A stretch of DNA of 64,000 nucleotides from a bacterium (GCA_032250835.1 JAVVEA010000002.1:1-64000); one strand, 5' to 3'; positions 10,402-21,028 are shown, numbered from the stretch's first letter. Numbers and translations: made by a program. The notes: a model not told the origin generated them from the sequence alone.

Positions 10402-11540
10402 AGGAGTTCTTGGGCCACCTGCTTGACCTGAGCCACCACGTAGTCCAGTTCAGCTTCGCTTAGTAAAGGGTACAAAGGCAAAGAAATGGTTCCCCCACCG
10501 ATGGATTCGGCCACCGGGAAGTCGCCTTCATGGAAGCCAAACTTACTTCGATAGTACTCTAGCAGGTGTACGGCCCGGAAATTCACCGCTACCCCGACCC
10601 CCAATTCTTGCAAACGCTTCAAACAAGCATCGCGCTTGGCCGGTGCCACCTGTATGGTCATCAGGTGGCGACCGGAACGTTCCTGAGCCCCCACTTCTTT
10701 TAGTACCACTCCAGGCAAACCCGCAAGAGCTTGCTCATAGCGTTTCGCCAAACTTTCGCGGCGATTCCAAAGGGATTCAATCCGCTCCAACTGTCCCACC
10801 AAGAGCGCCGCTTGGATGTTCGACATGTTGGCCTTTAGACCCAATACCCTCATATCCCAGTGCTGGTATGACTTGGTATAGCGGTCGGCCGCCGTTTTAT
10901 CGATCCCGTGCAGTCGCAAGGGCTTCAGCCTTTCGGCCAAGGCCTCGTCTTTGGTAGCGATGGCACCGCCCTCACCAGAGGTAATGTTTTTGGTGGCGTA
11001 AAAACTAAAACAAGCGGCGTCGCCCAGCTGTCCGGGTTTCACACCGTCGCGTTCACCTTCGAGACAATGGGCGGCATCTTCAATAAGTTTTAGACCATGT
11101 TTTTGGGCGATGGTGCTGATGGCGCGCATATCGGCCATCCTACCGTAAAGATGTATGGGGATGATGGCCTTGGTCCGTTCCGTGATTTTGGCCTCAATCA
11201 AGGCGGGGTCCATATTGCCATCTTCGGGGCGTACATCCACAAAAACGGGCGTTGCACCAACATGCAAGATAACATTTGAGGTGGCACAAAAGGTCATTGG
11301 GGTGGTGATCACCTCGTCCCCAGGGCCTATGCCTAAGCCCATCAAGCAAAGCTGAAGCGCTTCGGTACAACTGGTGACCGCAATCGCGTGGGGAAGATTC
11401 AAATAGGCAGATAACTGATCTTCTAGCTGTTCAACCACCTTTCCGGTAGCCAAAAAGACAGAGCGGAGCACCTCATTGCATCGCTCAATATCTTGCTCTT
11501 CAATGTTATGCCGAAAAAAATCGACCTTTTGGATGTCCAT
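10398..11540 (-). CDS. DegT/DnrJ/EryC1/StrS aminotransferase (ArnB/SpsC-like)
   Basis: IEDAAH, SFYATKNITSGEGG, ISLPLYP. Confidence 0.92.
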   Translation of the reverse strand: MDIQKVDFFRHNIEEQDIERCNEVLRSVFLATGKVVEQLEDQLSAYLNLPHAIAVTSCTEALQLCLMGLGIGPGDEVITTPMTFCATSNVILHVGATPVFVDVRPEDGNMDPALIEAKITERTKAIIPIHLYGRMADMRAISTIAQKHGLKLIEDAAHCLEGERDGVKPGQLGDAACFSFYATKNITSGEGGAIATKDEALAERLKPLRLHGIDKTAADRYTKSYQHWDMRVLGLKANMSNIQAALLVGQLERIESLWNRRESLAKRYEQALAGLPGVVLKEVGAQERSGRHLMTIQVAPAKRDACLKRLQELGVGVAVNFRAVHLLEYYRSKFGFHEGDFPVAESIGGGTISLPLYPLLSEAELDYVVAQVKQVAQELL

Positions 11541-11543
11541 ATT

Positions 11544-14500
11544 CTAAAGCTTTTCCGAAGGAGTTTTAGAGTAAAGCCTTTCCCAGCCAAGTATTAGTCC
11601 TAATAAGACGATAATGCCCACAAAAATGAACAGCGTCAGTTTTTCCAAGTCCCGGCGTAGCGGCTGCAATTGGTATTGCAATCGGTAGCTCCCAATCTCG
11701 TTTGGCCCCACCCTATAGGCTTGCAACCCACCATAAACCGGTAAAGGAGTCAGGGTATGCTGCTCGTTCACTAAGGCCCAAAGCGGGTTGAAGGATTCCG
11801 CGAAGACTAAAATACCCGGCTCTTGAATCGCTACTTTATATTCGGCCGAACCGAGGCGTTCAAAGGCGACGGCATCAGAATCCACCTCAGGTTGCGTGGT
11901 TAGATTGCTCAAAGCGACCAAGTCGACTTCATCCCTAGGCCCCCCCAAAACCAAAATATCGAGCGGCTGCTCTAGGGACACTGGCCCATAATCCAGCCAT
12001 TCACCGCCAGCTTTGCTTAAGGTACGAGAAACCCGACCATTAAGTAAATCCACCCCAACCGTTTGACCGGGCTGGCCCATTACCTTCAGGCCTAAGCGGT
12101 AAGTGCCGGGCAAAAAGGGCTGTAATTGGAGCTTAACGGGCAAGCTTACGGCGTGTCCATTGCTGCGGACAATCCCATCATACCCATCTTGCCTAAGCGT
12201 CATGGGCCGGTTGACCCCACTAAAGAAACTCCAAAACTCGCTTTGTTTAAAGGTGGCTTTGAACCACACCTTTTGGGTAGGGCAGGCAAAGGAATCCTGC
12301 CTTCTGGTTGAGTAGACCCCACTCCAGGCCCCGCTCCCATCACTTTCTATGCGGTATAGAGGCTGAAAATTTCGGCCATCTGAAGAAACTTCAAGGGCGA
12401 TAAAGGAAGTTTTCTCTAGGTCGTTAAATAGGCGGGGGTAACTTTCTAAGATGCAGTTATTCCAGGGCCGCTCCATCTCCATTTGCCAAGCCATGGTGCC
12501 GTCACTTGCCCCCAGTCCCACGTCCGAAGCTCCCCCCCAAGGAATCAAACGTAGGTCCCCCTGGCCTTGATACACCAATTGGGTCAGATCGATTTTCTGC
12601 TGGGTTACCAGCGTTTTACCCTGATAGGCTAGGTTCTCCGCCTCGTTCAACCAGACCCGTTGGGCAAATTTCTGGCCTAATTGTGCTTTCAGCGCATCAT
12701 AGCGAGGGCGCGAAACCGCCACCCAAGCTTTGAGCACCAAACTTCCGCTCAACACCTTGAGGCTTTGATCGGTCGGGGCTAATTCGAGCACGGCCCAGCC
12801 TTCTTGGCTGCTTTGAACAACCCTATCCGCTGATTCAGGGTTGTGGACCACAAAAGAAGCGTCTTCCAGGGCCCCATAGATCATAAAAATCCGGCATTCA
12901 GGGCAGTCAAACTCGAAGGCATATTCCGCCCCAGCCTGTCCTATCAGCATATGAGGGTTGCGTCCTCCATCACCCAACCAGGCCGCTTCGGTCCATTGTG
13001 CCGCCGCCGAGGACCAACCGGAACCCCGCTCAGCCTTCGGTAAAAGTAATTCGGCCTCATCTAACCAAGGTTGTAGCAGTTCCACCGGTGTTTCGCCGTA
13101 GTTGATCAATGCGGCCCAATGAGGCGAAGATGCGGCTGCTTGGGCTGGGTTAATTTGATCGGCAAAAAAGGTGGGCTGCCCGATCCATTCAGGCTTCCAG
13201 TTGCTCAAAGCAGTCAGGGCAGACAAACCACCACCTGCGAGGAGGGCCTTTTGACGCAACCGAACCCGAGGTAGGTAACTTTGGTTTTGGTAACCCAGCA
13301 CCGGAGGGCGGTCAAAGATCTGTTTTAGGTCCTGTTGTGCGGTTAACAGCGAATTCAACTCATCGTCTACCGCATAAAGCGTCTCGGTGGCCCAATCAGG
13401 GGTATGTAAATGGCCAAAATCGAAGTAGCTGTATTGAGGCTCTTGGGCACTTAAAAAAATGGACTGAACCGCCGTTATGCCGAGTAACGCGCCAAAGTGA
13501 TCGGTGTAGGGGCGATCCCGGTAGGCCAGCGACACCAAGTACTGTGTCCAAGGGCTTCCTGTGTGGGGCTGGGCCATCACCGCATCACGACCAAACAGTA
13601 ACGCATTGCGCGCAAGGCTGTCCTTGGCGGGCAAGGGGATGGGGCCGAAGGGCCCGATACCAGAGGGCAAAATGGCCACCCTCGCACTGGGGTCCGTATT
13701 GGCGGCAACCCGATCAACTACTTCGGCCTCAACAGGGGTAATTTCCTGAGCCATCCAAGACAGCGTCTGGCTAGAATTATTTTTGGGCTCCAGTAGTTGG
13801 CCACTCCAAAAGGGATATAGATAGATCGACAACACCAATCCGAGACCCGCAAACAGCGGCTTGGCGGCCCTGGGGAAACGCCCGGTTAAATACTGCAACC
13901 CCATTGCCGAAGCCAAGCTCAACCCAAGATAGTAGAGCATCAACCAGCGCCCGGTCCTCGACATCAAAAAGAAGACCACCTTGACTTTCAACAACACCGA
14001 CAGATAGATCCACCGGCCCAGCGGCGTGTGGGCTCCAGCAAACAAGAGGACCCCTAAAATCAAGGCGCTCAAGGCAAACCCGCGATAACGCCAAGGTAAG
14101 CTAGAAAAAAACGATACCCCGGCTAAAACCAACAGCACCGAAGCCGAAAGAATCCAGGCAATCCCGGGCGCCGGATAGACATACTCAGTCGCCGCACTTA
14201 CCTCTCCTAAATGCCCCAGTAGTGCTGACGGCATGGGAGCCGAATAGTTTTCAAAGAGACTGGTGAACCGGGCGACATTTTCGCTACCTGAAGATTCGTT
14301 AAACTTAAATCCAGCCTGAGAAGTCTGGCTTAATAAGTAGGCAGGCCCCAGCCAATGGGCATTGGTCCCGATCAAAACCAGTAACACCAAAACCCCGCTC
14401 AACAACACCCGCAGCGGATAAGTCCTCAGGTGGAACAGGCCAAACAAGCCAAAGATGAGGCCCGTCAGGGCGATAGCCATGGGGGATGCGGCGCAGGCCA

Positions 14501-15089
14501 GACTCAGCAATAAGGCCGCAGCCAAGCTCCCCTTTGCCCAGGCGCGCCAACCCGGCGTGGTCCATGCGTACAACGCGCAAAGCAACGCCCAGGGCCAAAG
14601 GCTATAGGCAAAGCCGAGCTGAAAATGGTGGCCACTGATGAGTTCAGAATAAATTCTTGGATTAAACTGGGTCAAAAGAGCCAGCAGGATTGCTGGAACC
14701 ACCTTCAGCCCGATCCGTTGACCCAAACGAAAAAAACCTACGGCACCGATTACGGCATAGACCCAAGGCAGCCACTTGGCCACCAAGGAACCACCAAAAA
14801 GCGAAAGGCCGTGGATCACTAACCAATCGAAGCTCCGGGTGATCCCGCCCCAGGCCCCTGGTAACCCCATATCAAAACGAGAGGCCCAGGTAGATTCGGT
14901 GATTCTGCCTAATTCGGCTAGTTGAGAACCCAAAGGTGGTATGGACTGGTCCCAGTTTTGGTATACATGAGCGCCACTAAACAGGATCGGGCCTAAACTT
15001 ATTAGATATAAAAGCGTGACCAGCAGAGCAGGCCAGGTCCAAGGATTGGACTTTACCAAGGAAGGTAAAGCAAGGAGTTGCTTGATCAT
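11544..15089 (-). CDS. Giant polytopic membrane protein, putative GT-C (AftD/YfhO-like) with large extracytoplasmic region
   Basis: 1181 aa. About 12 TMs in the first 430 aa, long soluble region, LVFAESFNPLW motif and terminal TM. Confidence 0.65.
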   Translation of the reverse strand: MIKQLLALPSLVKSNPWTWPALLVTLLYLISLGPILFSGAHVYQNWDQSIPPLGSQLAELGRITESTWASRFDMGLPGAWGGITRSFDWLVIHGLSLFGGSLVAKWLPWVYAVIGAVGFFRLGQRIGLKVVPAILLALLTQFNPRIYSELISGHHFQLGFAYSLWPWALLCALYAWTTPGWRAWAKGSLAAALLLSLACAASPMAIALTGLIFGLFGLFHLRTYPLRVLLSGVLVLLVLIGTNAHWLGPAYLLSQTSQAGFKFNESSGSENVARFTSLFENYSAPMPSALLGHLGEVSAATEYVYPAPGIAWILSASVLLVLAGVSFFSSLPWRYRGFALSALILGVLLFAGAHTPLGRWIYLSVLLKVKVVFFLMSRTGRWLMLYYLGLSLASAMGLQYLTGRFPRAAKPLFAGLGLVLSIYLYPFWSGQLLEPKNNSSQTLSWMAQEITPVEAEVVDRVAANTDPSARVAILPSGIGPFGPIPLPAKDSLARNALLFGRDAVMAQPHTGSPWTQYLVSLAYRDRPYTDHFGALLGITAVQSIFLSAQEPQYSYFDFGHLHTPDWATETLYAVDDELNSLLTAQQDLKQIFDRPPVLGYQNQSYLPRVRLRQKALLAGGGLSALTALSNWKPEWIGQPTFFADQINPAQAAASSPHWAALINYGETPVELLQPWLDEAELLLPKAERGSGWSSAAAQWTEAAWLGDGGRNPHMLIGQAGAEYAFEFDCPECRIFMIYGALEDASFVVHNPESADRVVQSSQEGWAVLELAPTDQSLKVLSGSLVLKAWVAVSRPRYDALKAQLGQKFAQRVWLNEAENLAYQGKTLVTQQKIDLTQLVYQGQGDLRLIPWGGASDVGLGASDGTMAWQMEMERPWNNCILESYPRLFNDLEKTSFIALEVSSDGRNFQPLYRIESDGSGAWSGVYSTRRQDSFACPTQKVWFKATFKQSEFWSFFSGVNRPMTLRQDGYDGIVRSNGHAVSLPVKLQLQPFLPGTYRLGLKVMGQPGQTVGVDLLNGRVSRTLSKAGGEWLDYGPVSLEQPLDILVLGGPRDEVDLVALSNLTTQPEVDSDAVAFERLGSAEYKVAIQEPGILVFAESFNPLWALVNEQHTLTPLPVYGGLQAYRVGPNEIGSYRLQYQLQPLRRDLEKLTLFIFVGIIVLLGLILGWERLYSKTPSEKL

Positions 15090-16126
15090 GGCAGGGCGTC
15101 TTCGTCAGGGGTCATCCAGTGCCGCAACCAGGAGAATCGATAATACAAAAAGCTCCCCAGTTGGTTGGTAAAAGACTGCAAATAACCCACACCCCCGCGA
15201 CAGGTTTGGCAGTAAGGGCTAGGCAATAGGCCCCGCCGAAGTTGTTTGGCGAAACGGCGCGCTTTGGGGCTCTCTAATATTTCCGCCAAAGTATTGTCCG
15301 CTAGATTGCCTAACGCATTGCGGCCATCATAGTCCTTACAGCAAGTGGTGACCTCTCCATTCCAGAGCAGGCCAAAATGCCCGTCCATCCCGTCACAGCC
15401 GCCAATTAGGCCTGGAACAAACCGGGGATCTTCTGGGTTAGCTTCAAACCAATTGGCAATGGTTTCAAAACGCACCACCAGATTTCCCCCAATGGGGACT
15501 GAATGGTTGAGTTTGCCTTGGACCTTCTGGAAACTTAATTTTTCGGGCAGAAAATCCAAAAACTCGGACATAAAGCTTTCGACTTTATCTGTTTGATACT
15601 TCTGCCCCATATCCGCAGTGCCCGCCATATTTCCCAACAGGCTTTCTTTAAACACCTTTAGGTATATCTTACCGATGCGGTTGCCTTCTAAGGCGCGTTT
15701 TAGCAGCTTCTTGAGTTGCTCTTGATAGCGGTTAAAATCTCCGCGTGCGTGCAGGGAAAAACCTGTGTCTTCAATGGCCCGGTAGCTGATTAACAATTCA
15801 CTGATAGGGGAGTCTAAGAGGCGCTCGATATTGGCGTCCGTTAGGTAGCTACCGTTTGTGAACAGCTTGATTTTCACTCCATAACCGGCACCGATTTCGA
15901 TGAGTTCAAAGAGCTGCTTGTGCATAAAGGGCTCACCCATTAAGCCCAACTGAACCGTTTCTGCCAGTTTGGTTTCGGCCACCTCTTTAAAAAAACGCTC
16001 GGCCATCTCCAAGGTCATTGAGCCTTTGGGCCGGGTCAGCGAGTCAATGGGGCAAAAATGGCAGTGGAAGTTACAAGAGTCGATCGGCTCGATGATTATC
16101 GAGCGAAATTTAAAAGACGTACTCAT
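15086..16126 (-). CDS. Radical SAM protein with SPASM/twitch domain
   Basis: CNFHCHFC, MGEP, TNG, GCDG...GEVTTCCKD...CQTC. Confidence 0.9.
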   Translation of the reverse strand: MSTSFKFRSIIIEPIDSCNFHCHFCPIDSLTRPKGSMTLEMAERFFKEVAETKLAETVQLGLMGEPFMHKQLFELIEIGAGYGVKIKLFTNGSYLTDANIERLLDSPISELLISYRAIEDTGFSLHARGDFNRYQEQLKKLLKRALEGNRIGKIYLKVFKESLLGNMAGTADMGQKYQTDKVESFMSEFLDFLPEKLSFQKVQGKLNHSVPIGGNLVVRFETIANWFEANPEDPRFVPGLIGGCDGMDGHFGLLWNGEVTTCCKDYDGRNALGNLADNTLAEILESPKARRFAKQLRRGLLPSPYCQTCRGGVGYLQSFTNQLGSFLYYRFSWLRHWMTPDEDALP

Positions 16127-17382
16127 TCCTGGCCATCTTCAAAACAAGCCACTTCACGTTTCATGATTTCACGCCAATCAAATTCTTGCTCAACCAGCTG
16201 CCTCCCGGCGCTTCCGATCTGGCGCGCTTGATCGGGCGATTCGATCAATCGCAAAAAGGCTGCGACATAGCCTTCCAGATCCTCGTCATCAACGACCAAT
16301 CCATTGTGACCGTCACGCATAAACTGGCCAATCGCCTCTAATCGAGTACAAACGACCGGTTTGCCGCAGCCCCAATATTCGAACAATTTAAAGGAAAGGT
16401 ATTTATGGTGGTTGAGCGTAGCACGCATGGTCATACAGCCGATGTCACAGGCATTTAAGACCCGAGCAACCTCTTCATGCGGAATCCAACCGGGGGTGAT
16501 CACCGCTTCGGTTTGGCCTAGTTCCTCAATCAAAGCCCGGATCTCCGTTTCAAAATAGCTACCACCGCCTAAGACCAACAACCGGGTATCTGGGTGTTTT
16601 TCCCGAATTTTGGCCAAGGTGCGGATCAGCATATCCACCCCATCGTCGTGTTTGATGTCCCCGTGGAAAACCAACAAGGGGGCCTCATCGGAAACCCCTA
16701 GCTTTTCGCGAACCCCGATTGTGTCCAAGCCGGGGCGGAATCGCTGTGCATCGGTTCCGTCCGGCACGATCACGATTTTATCGGTATCTAAGGCCAAATT
16801 GGCCTGCAGATGTTCACGCATGGCCTCACTGACCACAAAAATCTTTTCCGACTGGCGCAGTACGTAGTTTTCCAGCCAAATCAGGGGAACCCGCAATAAG
16901 GGCATATCCGTACGGGCTATATCGGAATAGAAGTCCGTGAAGTCCACGAACACTGGACGCTTAATGAGTTTGCCAGCCAATACCGCCGCCAAGCCTGCTA
17001 ACGGATTCCAAGCATGTACATAGGCAAAGCCCGGATACCCCGAAAGCTTGTACCAAGTTTGCAGCACCATCACCGACAAGATGCTGGCCACGAAATGCCA
17101 AATCCTTACCGGTAGGCGCAATGCAGAATAAAGATGGCAGCTCCAACCAGGGAACTGATTCATCCATATCCACTCGGTAAAATAAGACTTGCGGGTCTTC
17201 AGGTTATAACTCGGGCTGATCATGTTGACCATGAATCGGTGGTCTTCGATCAACGCTTTGGCCAACCAATACATCCGCACATTGGCACGAGAAACTGGCG
17301 GAATGGCCGTCTCCACCAAAATCGCCACACGCGGTTTTCGGTCTAAGTCAAAGCCATCGGGAGTTTGGTTTAATAGCCCCAT
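16123..17382 (-). CDS. Glycosyltransferase family 4
   Basis: GT-B layout, IVPDGTD..RF, KLFEYWGCGKPVV, GRQLVEQEFDW. Confidence 0.9.
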   Translation of the reverse strand: MGLLNQTPDGFDLDRKPRVAILVETAIPPVSRANVRMYWLAKALIEDHRFMVNMISPSYNLKTRKSYFTEWIWMNQFPGWSCHLYSALRLPVRIWHFVASILSVMVLQTWYKLSGYPGFAYVHAWNPLAGLAAVLAGKLIKRPVFVDFTDFYSDIARTDMPLLRVPLIWLENYVLRQSEKIFVVSEAMREHLQANLALDTDKIVIVPDGTDAQRFRPGLDTIGVREKLGVSDEAPLLVFHGDIKHDDGVDMLIRTLAKIREKHPDTRLLVLGGGSYFETEIRALIEELGQTEAVITPGWIPHEEVARVLNACDIGCMTMRATLNHHKYLSFKLFEYWGCGKPVVCTRLEAIGQFMRDGHNGLVVDDEDLEGYVAAFLRLIESPDQARQIGSAGRQLVEQEFDWREIMKREVACFEDGQE

Positions 17383-17384
17383 AA

Positions 17385-18815
17385 TCAATCGCTAAAGCTA
17401 ACAGTAGACCGTCCAAATCGAAGCATGCTAACCAACTCTTTGAAATCTGCCCAGAACCACTTCGGGTGGGTCAAATCCCGCCAAATTCTACCCGCAATAT
17501 AAGATGGACGTAGGTAATAGGCAAAGTAGCCTTCTTTTCTTAAGCGGTGGACTTGGTCTAGGGTGATGCCATCGGGCAGATAAACGGGCCAGACTTCCCA
17601 GAAATCTTCGCCAATATCCCCATTGATGTATTGATCCACCAGATCTGCCGGAATCTTTCCTTCTTCAATAGCCACATCCCACAGCCGAGCCCCCGGCATC
17701 GGGACCGCTGGTTTGAGGCCAATTTGAGTCAAGTTTTTGAACCCCGCTTTGCGCAATTCCACCGCAAAGTGGCAGCTTTCGCGCATTTCCTCGGCGGTTT
17801 CGCCTGGATGCCCCAACACAAAGCTGGCCTCCACCTCAAAGCCGTATTTGGAAAGCATTTTAAAGGCCTTAAAGATGCTTTTATTATAGAGCTTTTTGCC
17901 GATGATCTCGTTGCGCACCCGATCCGAGCCCGATTCAATCCCCACAAAAAAAGAGTAGCAACCGGCTTTCCACATCAAATCCAAAGCCTCTTCATCGACC
18001 TGATCCAGCCGAAGCCCCCCGGCACGCCAGCGGATCGGGCGGCCCCAGGCCAACACGGCGCGGCAAAATTCTTTGGTCTTGCTACGCGAAATGGTGAAGC
18101 TTTCGTCTTGGAAGCTAAAGTGGCCGTCAAAGTCTTCGTAATGAGCGTCCATTTCCGCAATGATCGATTCGGGGGAACGATACCTTACCCGGTGGAACGC
18201 CTCGGTACGCGAGCAAAAAATACATTTATAGGGGCAGCCTTTGGTCCCAATGATCGGGTAGGCGTCTAAACCCATCTCGCGGTAGGTTTGCATCGGGGTC
18301 AAGTCGTAGGCAGGCCAATACATGTCATCTAACTTGGCCAAGCTCTCGCCTTTAAAATAGCCGCGGACCTGTTCTCCGGCCAAAACCCGTTCAGCAAGGT
18401 TGGTGAAGGTGATTTCCCCTTCATCAGCGACCCCAAAATCAAAACAGGGGTAGCGGTCGATAAAGGTTTCATCGGTCGAAAGGTGGTAGCCCCCCAGAGC
18501 GACTTGGACTTGGTCGCCAAAAGCTTCCTTGATGGCCCGGGCGAAGCGGACGGCATTGTGGATCTGCGGGGTGGTGGCGGATATGCCAACCAGTCGGTAG
18601 TCCTGTTCCTGGATGTGCTGGTTGATTTGGTCCGTCAAAAAAGGTTGGACCCCAAGGTCCAGGATCTCCACCTCAATCCCTTTTTGCTGCAATGCCGGGG
18701 CGAGAAAGGTCAACCCCAAAGGAGGATAGAAGTGGATCCCTTTAGGGCTGGCCCCATAGGTCATAGGGGCATTCAGCAAAAGAACTTTTTTTCTTGGATT
18801 TAACATGGGAAACAA
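17385..18815 (-). CDS. B12-binding domain radical SAM protein
   Basis: PPLGL, LGGYH, EGE, KGCPYKCIFC, FQDESF, GIESGS. Confidence 0.92.
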   Translation of the reverse strand: MFPMLNPRKKVLLLNAPMTYGASPKGIHFYPPLGLTFLAPALQQKGIEVEILDLGVQPFLTDQINQHIQEQDYRLVGISATTPQIHNAVRFARAIKEAFGDQVQVALGGYHLSTDETFIDRYPCFDFGVADEGEITFTNLAERVLAGEQVRGYFKGESLAKLDDMYWPAYDLTPMQTYREMGLDAYPIIGTKGCPYKCIFCSRTEAFHRVRYRSPESIIAEMDAHYEDFDGHFSFQDESFTISRSKTKEFCRAVLAWGRPIRWRAGGLRLDQVDEEALDLMWKAGCYSFFVGIESGSDRVRNEIIGKKLYNKSIFKAFKMLSKYGFEVEASFVLGHPGETAEEMRESCHFAVELRKAGFKNLTQIGLKPAVPMPGARLWDVAIEEGKIPADLVDQYINGDIGEDFWEVWPVYLPDGITLDQVHRLRKEGYFAYYLRPSYIAGRIWRDLTHPKWFWADFKELVSMLRFGRSTVSFSD

Positions 18816-18947
18816 CTACCTCGCACTTCAACAAAATGCGCTCGACTTAGTTAGGCTACTGATTCAAGTAGGGCAAGCCTAACATGGGGCATCAAAATTC
18901 GAAAGTCCAATTGACTACCATTGTGGCATTCTCGGGGTTTCCCCCGC

Positions 18948-19775
18948 TCAACGGCGCGAAAGACTAGCCAAATTTCCACCGCCCAGCCAATTTTGCATCC
19001 GTAGCAGCGAAGCAGCTAAAACGATTAGGGAAGCCGCTGCCGACTGGTAGTGGATTCCTTTAACGAAGCGGTGCGGCGCTTCCATGCCCTCGATGCGGAT
19101 CCAATCGACTTCGAACCCAGCTTCTTGCAGCAGCAGGGACAACCCGGGCTTATCAAAGAGATACAAATGTTCGGCCATATATTCAAAGCCAAACCCGCCC
19201 ACTAAACCAGACAACCGGTTCAACAGGTTCGATTCGCGCGGAACTTCGCAATAAAGATAGCCGCCCGGCTTGATCACCCGGTGCAATTCGCTCAAGACCA
19301 AATTGGGACGGTATAAATGCTCCAGTACATGGTTGCAGTGCACCAAATCAAAACGTCCCGTTTCGAAGGCCAATTCCTCGGGGTTTTCACTCCACAAAAC
19401 CTCCACGCCTAGCCTCTGCTTGATCCGTTCGATGGCGGCTTGGGAGAATTCTTGGGCGACTACCGTCCAACCTCTCTGCATCGCCGCCTCTACAAAAGCA
19501 CCGCGCCCGCAACCCAAATCGAGCACTTGGCCTTGACAGCCTTTGGCTTCTATTTGCTCCAACCGAAGGCCAAAGAGCTTTTTTTGCTCTTCGTAATGCT
19601 CAACGGGATAGATTTCGTCGTAATAGGCATTGGAATAAATAGCCGCAAGCTGCTCTAAAGTAGGCATGGGATTTTGAAATTTAGTCCCACACTGACCGCA
19701 GCGGAAAAGGGTCAATCGACTGTCCTGAAAGTAGAGACTTGCCCCTTGTGCGTGGCAAATTGGACAACCCTTCAT
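18948..19775 (-). CDS. Class I SAM methyltransferase with N-terminal Zn-ribbon
   Basis: CPIC...CGQC, VLDLGCGRG, HVLEHL, EVP, EHLYLF. Confidence 0.9.
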   Translation of the reverse strand: MKGCPICHAQGASLYFQDSRLTLFRCGQCGTKFQNPMPTLEQLAAIYSNAYYDEIYPVEHYEEQKKLFGLRLEQIEAKGCQGQVLDLGCGRGAFVEAAMQRGWTVVAQEFSQAAIERIKQRLGVEVLWSENPEELAFETGRFDLVHCNHVLEHLYRPNLVLSELHRVIKPGGYLYCEVPRESNLLNRLSGLVGGFGFEYMAEHLYLFDKPGLSLLLQEAGFEVDWIRIEGMEAPHRFVKGIHYQSAAASLIVLAASLLRMQNWLGGGNLASLSRR

Positions 19776-21028
19776 TTGGCTACCGTAGAAAAAATTGGGG
19801 TTAGGCGATAGTCCATGGCTTCAAAGGTGCGGTCAAAGATCTTGCCCCACAAATTTTCTTTACTGGCCTTTAAGAGCCGCCCTCGGAGTAAGGCATAGGA
19901 TTCGGGATTTTCGGTCAGCTCCGTAATGGCCTGGGCCAGGGCTTGTGCCTCATAGGGGATCACTCGCCCTAGCCCCTTTTCCTGCACCTCTTTGTGGGAA
20001 GGAGGAACCCTGGTGGTGACCACCGGCACGGCGCAGCCAATTGATTCTCTAATTTTGATCACATCGCCCCATTGCTTGACGCTGGCCTTGCTGGGCTTAA
20101 AGGGGGCAAGGCTTAGCGCCGCCTTTAAATAGGCCTCTAAGATTTGACCCCGGTCGCTAACATAGCCATGCCAGCGGACCGCTTGATCTAGACCCAACTC
20201 ACGGCAGCGTTGCTTTAATTCCGCTTCCTTTTCCCCGTTTCCTAAAATATCCAGGGTCAATAGGGGGCGGCTTTTTAAAGCAATGGCTAGGGCCTCCAAA
20301 ATCAAGTCTACCCCGTAGTCATCCCCCAACCCCCCACAATAGATCAGCCGGTTGCGGTCGATCTCTTCGGTGGGGCGGTGCACAATACCGCGGTCATCAA
20401 AACCAAAGGGAACCCAGAGCTCCCGGCCCGCAGAGGCCATATCAAAGCCCAATATCTCGCGGCGTGCTTCGCCTATGGTGTAGGTGTAATTCCAGATATA
20501 ATCGCTCCAAAGGCAGGCCTTACGGTCCATTTCCACATAGATTCGGTTGGCCAAGGGGCTATCGAATTTGTAGGGAGACCAATCCGAAATATAGTAGGCC
20601 AACTCGCGGACCCGACCCGCTTTTTTAAAAACTCCACCGATCAAGGCCAATAAGGACTCAACACCAATAAACAAATCAAAGGACTCGCGCTCCGCCAAGA
20701 AGTAGGCTGGAGTGACTAAAAGGTCTCGTAGCTTCAAGCGCATCGAGGTAGCCGAAAGATCGACTTGCCCCATATTTTGGAACCACCGTGCAATCGAAAG
20801 GGGTAATTGTTTGCGCTCCACTAGCCGCCCGTCAACATATCGAGTCAGCTGTGGCGGGTAGGGCATTTGCCGGCGAAGTAGCGGCAACTCAAGGACCGTA
20901 ACCCGAGGGACGCGCTCCCTTAGGTATTCCATCAACGGCCCAGCGGGCGTCGAGTGGGGTTCCCGGTTGCCCTCCTGATCGGTTAGGTGGGTGATGGTCG
21001 CCACAAAGACCGACTCCAGGGATTTCAT
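19772..21028 (-). CDS. Glycosyltransferase family 4-like
   Basis: LIYCGGL, ILGNG, PVVTT. Paralogous to 34633..35799. Confidence 0.85.
   Translation of the reverse strand: MKSLESVFVATITHLTDQEGNREPHSTPAGPLMEYLRERVPRVTVLELPLLRRQMPYPPQLTRYVDGRLVERKQLPLSIARWFQNMGQVDLSATSMRLKLRDLLVTPAYFLAERESFDLFIGVESLLALIGGVFKKAGRVRELAYYISDWSPYKFDSPLANRIYVEMDRKACLWSDYIWNYTYTIGEARREILGFDMASAGRELWVPFGFDDRGIVHRPTEEIDRNRLIYCGGLGDDYGVDLILEALAIALKSRPLLTLDILGNGEKEAELKQRCRELGLDQAVRWHGYVSDRGQILEAYLKAALSLAPFKPSKASVKQWGDVIKIRESIGCAVPVVTTRVPPSHKEVQEKGLGRVIPYEAQALAQAITELTENPESYALLRGRLLKASKENLWGKIFDRTFEAMDYRLTPIFSTVAK

Noticed and set aside
17631-18269. 212 aa plus-strand ORF, and similar shadow ORFs such as 24621..25184, 52343..52891 and 53329..53754
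   Set aside because: Antisense to well-supported genes and without motifs.
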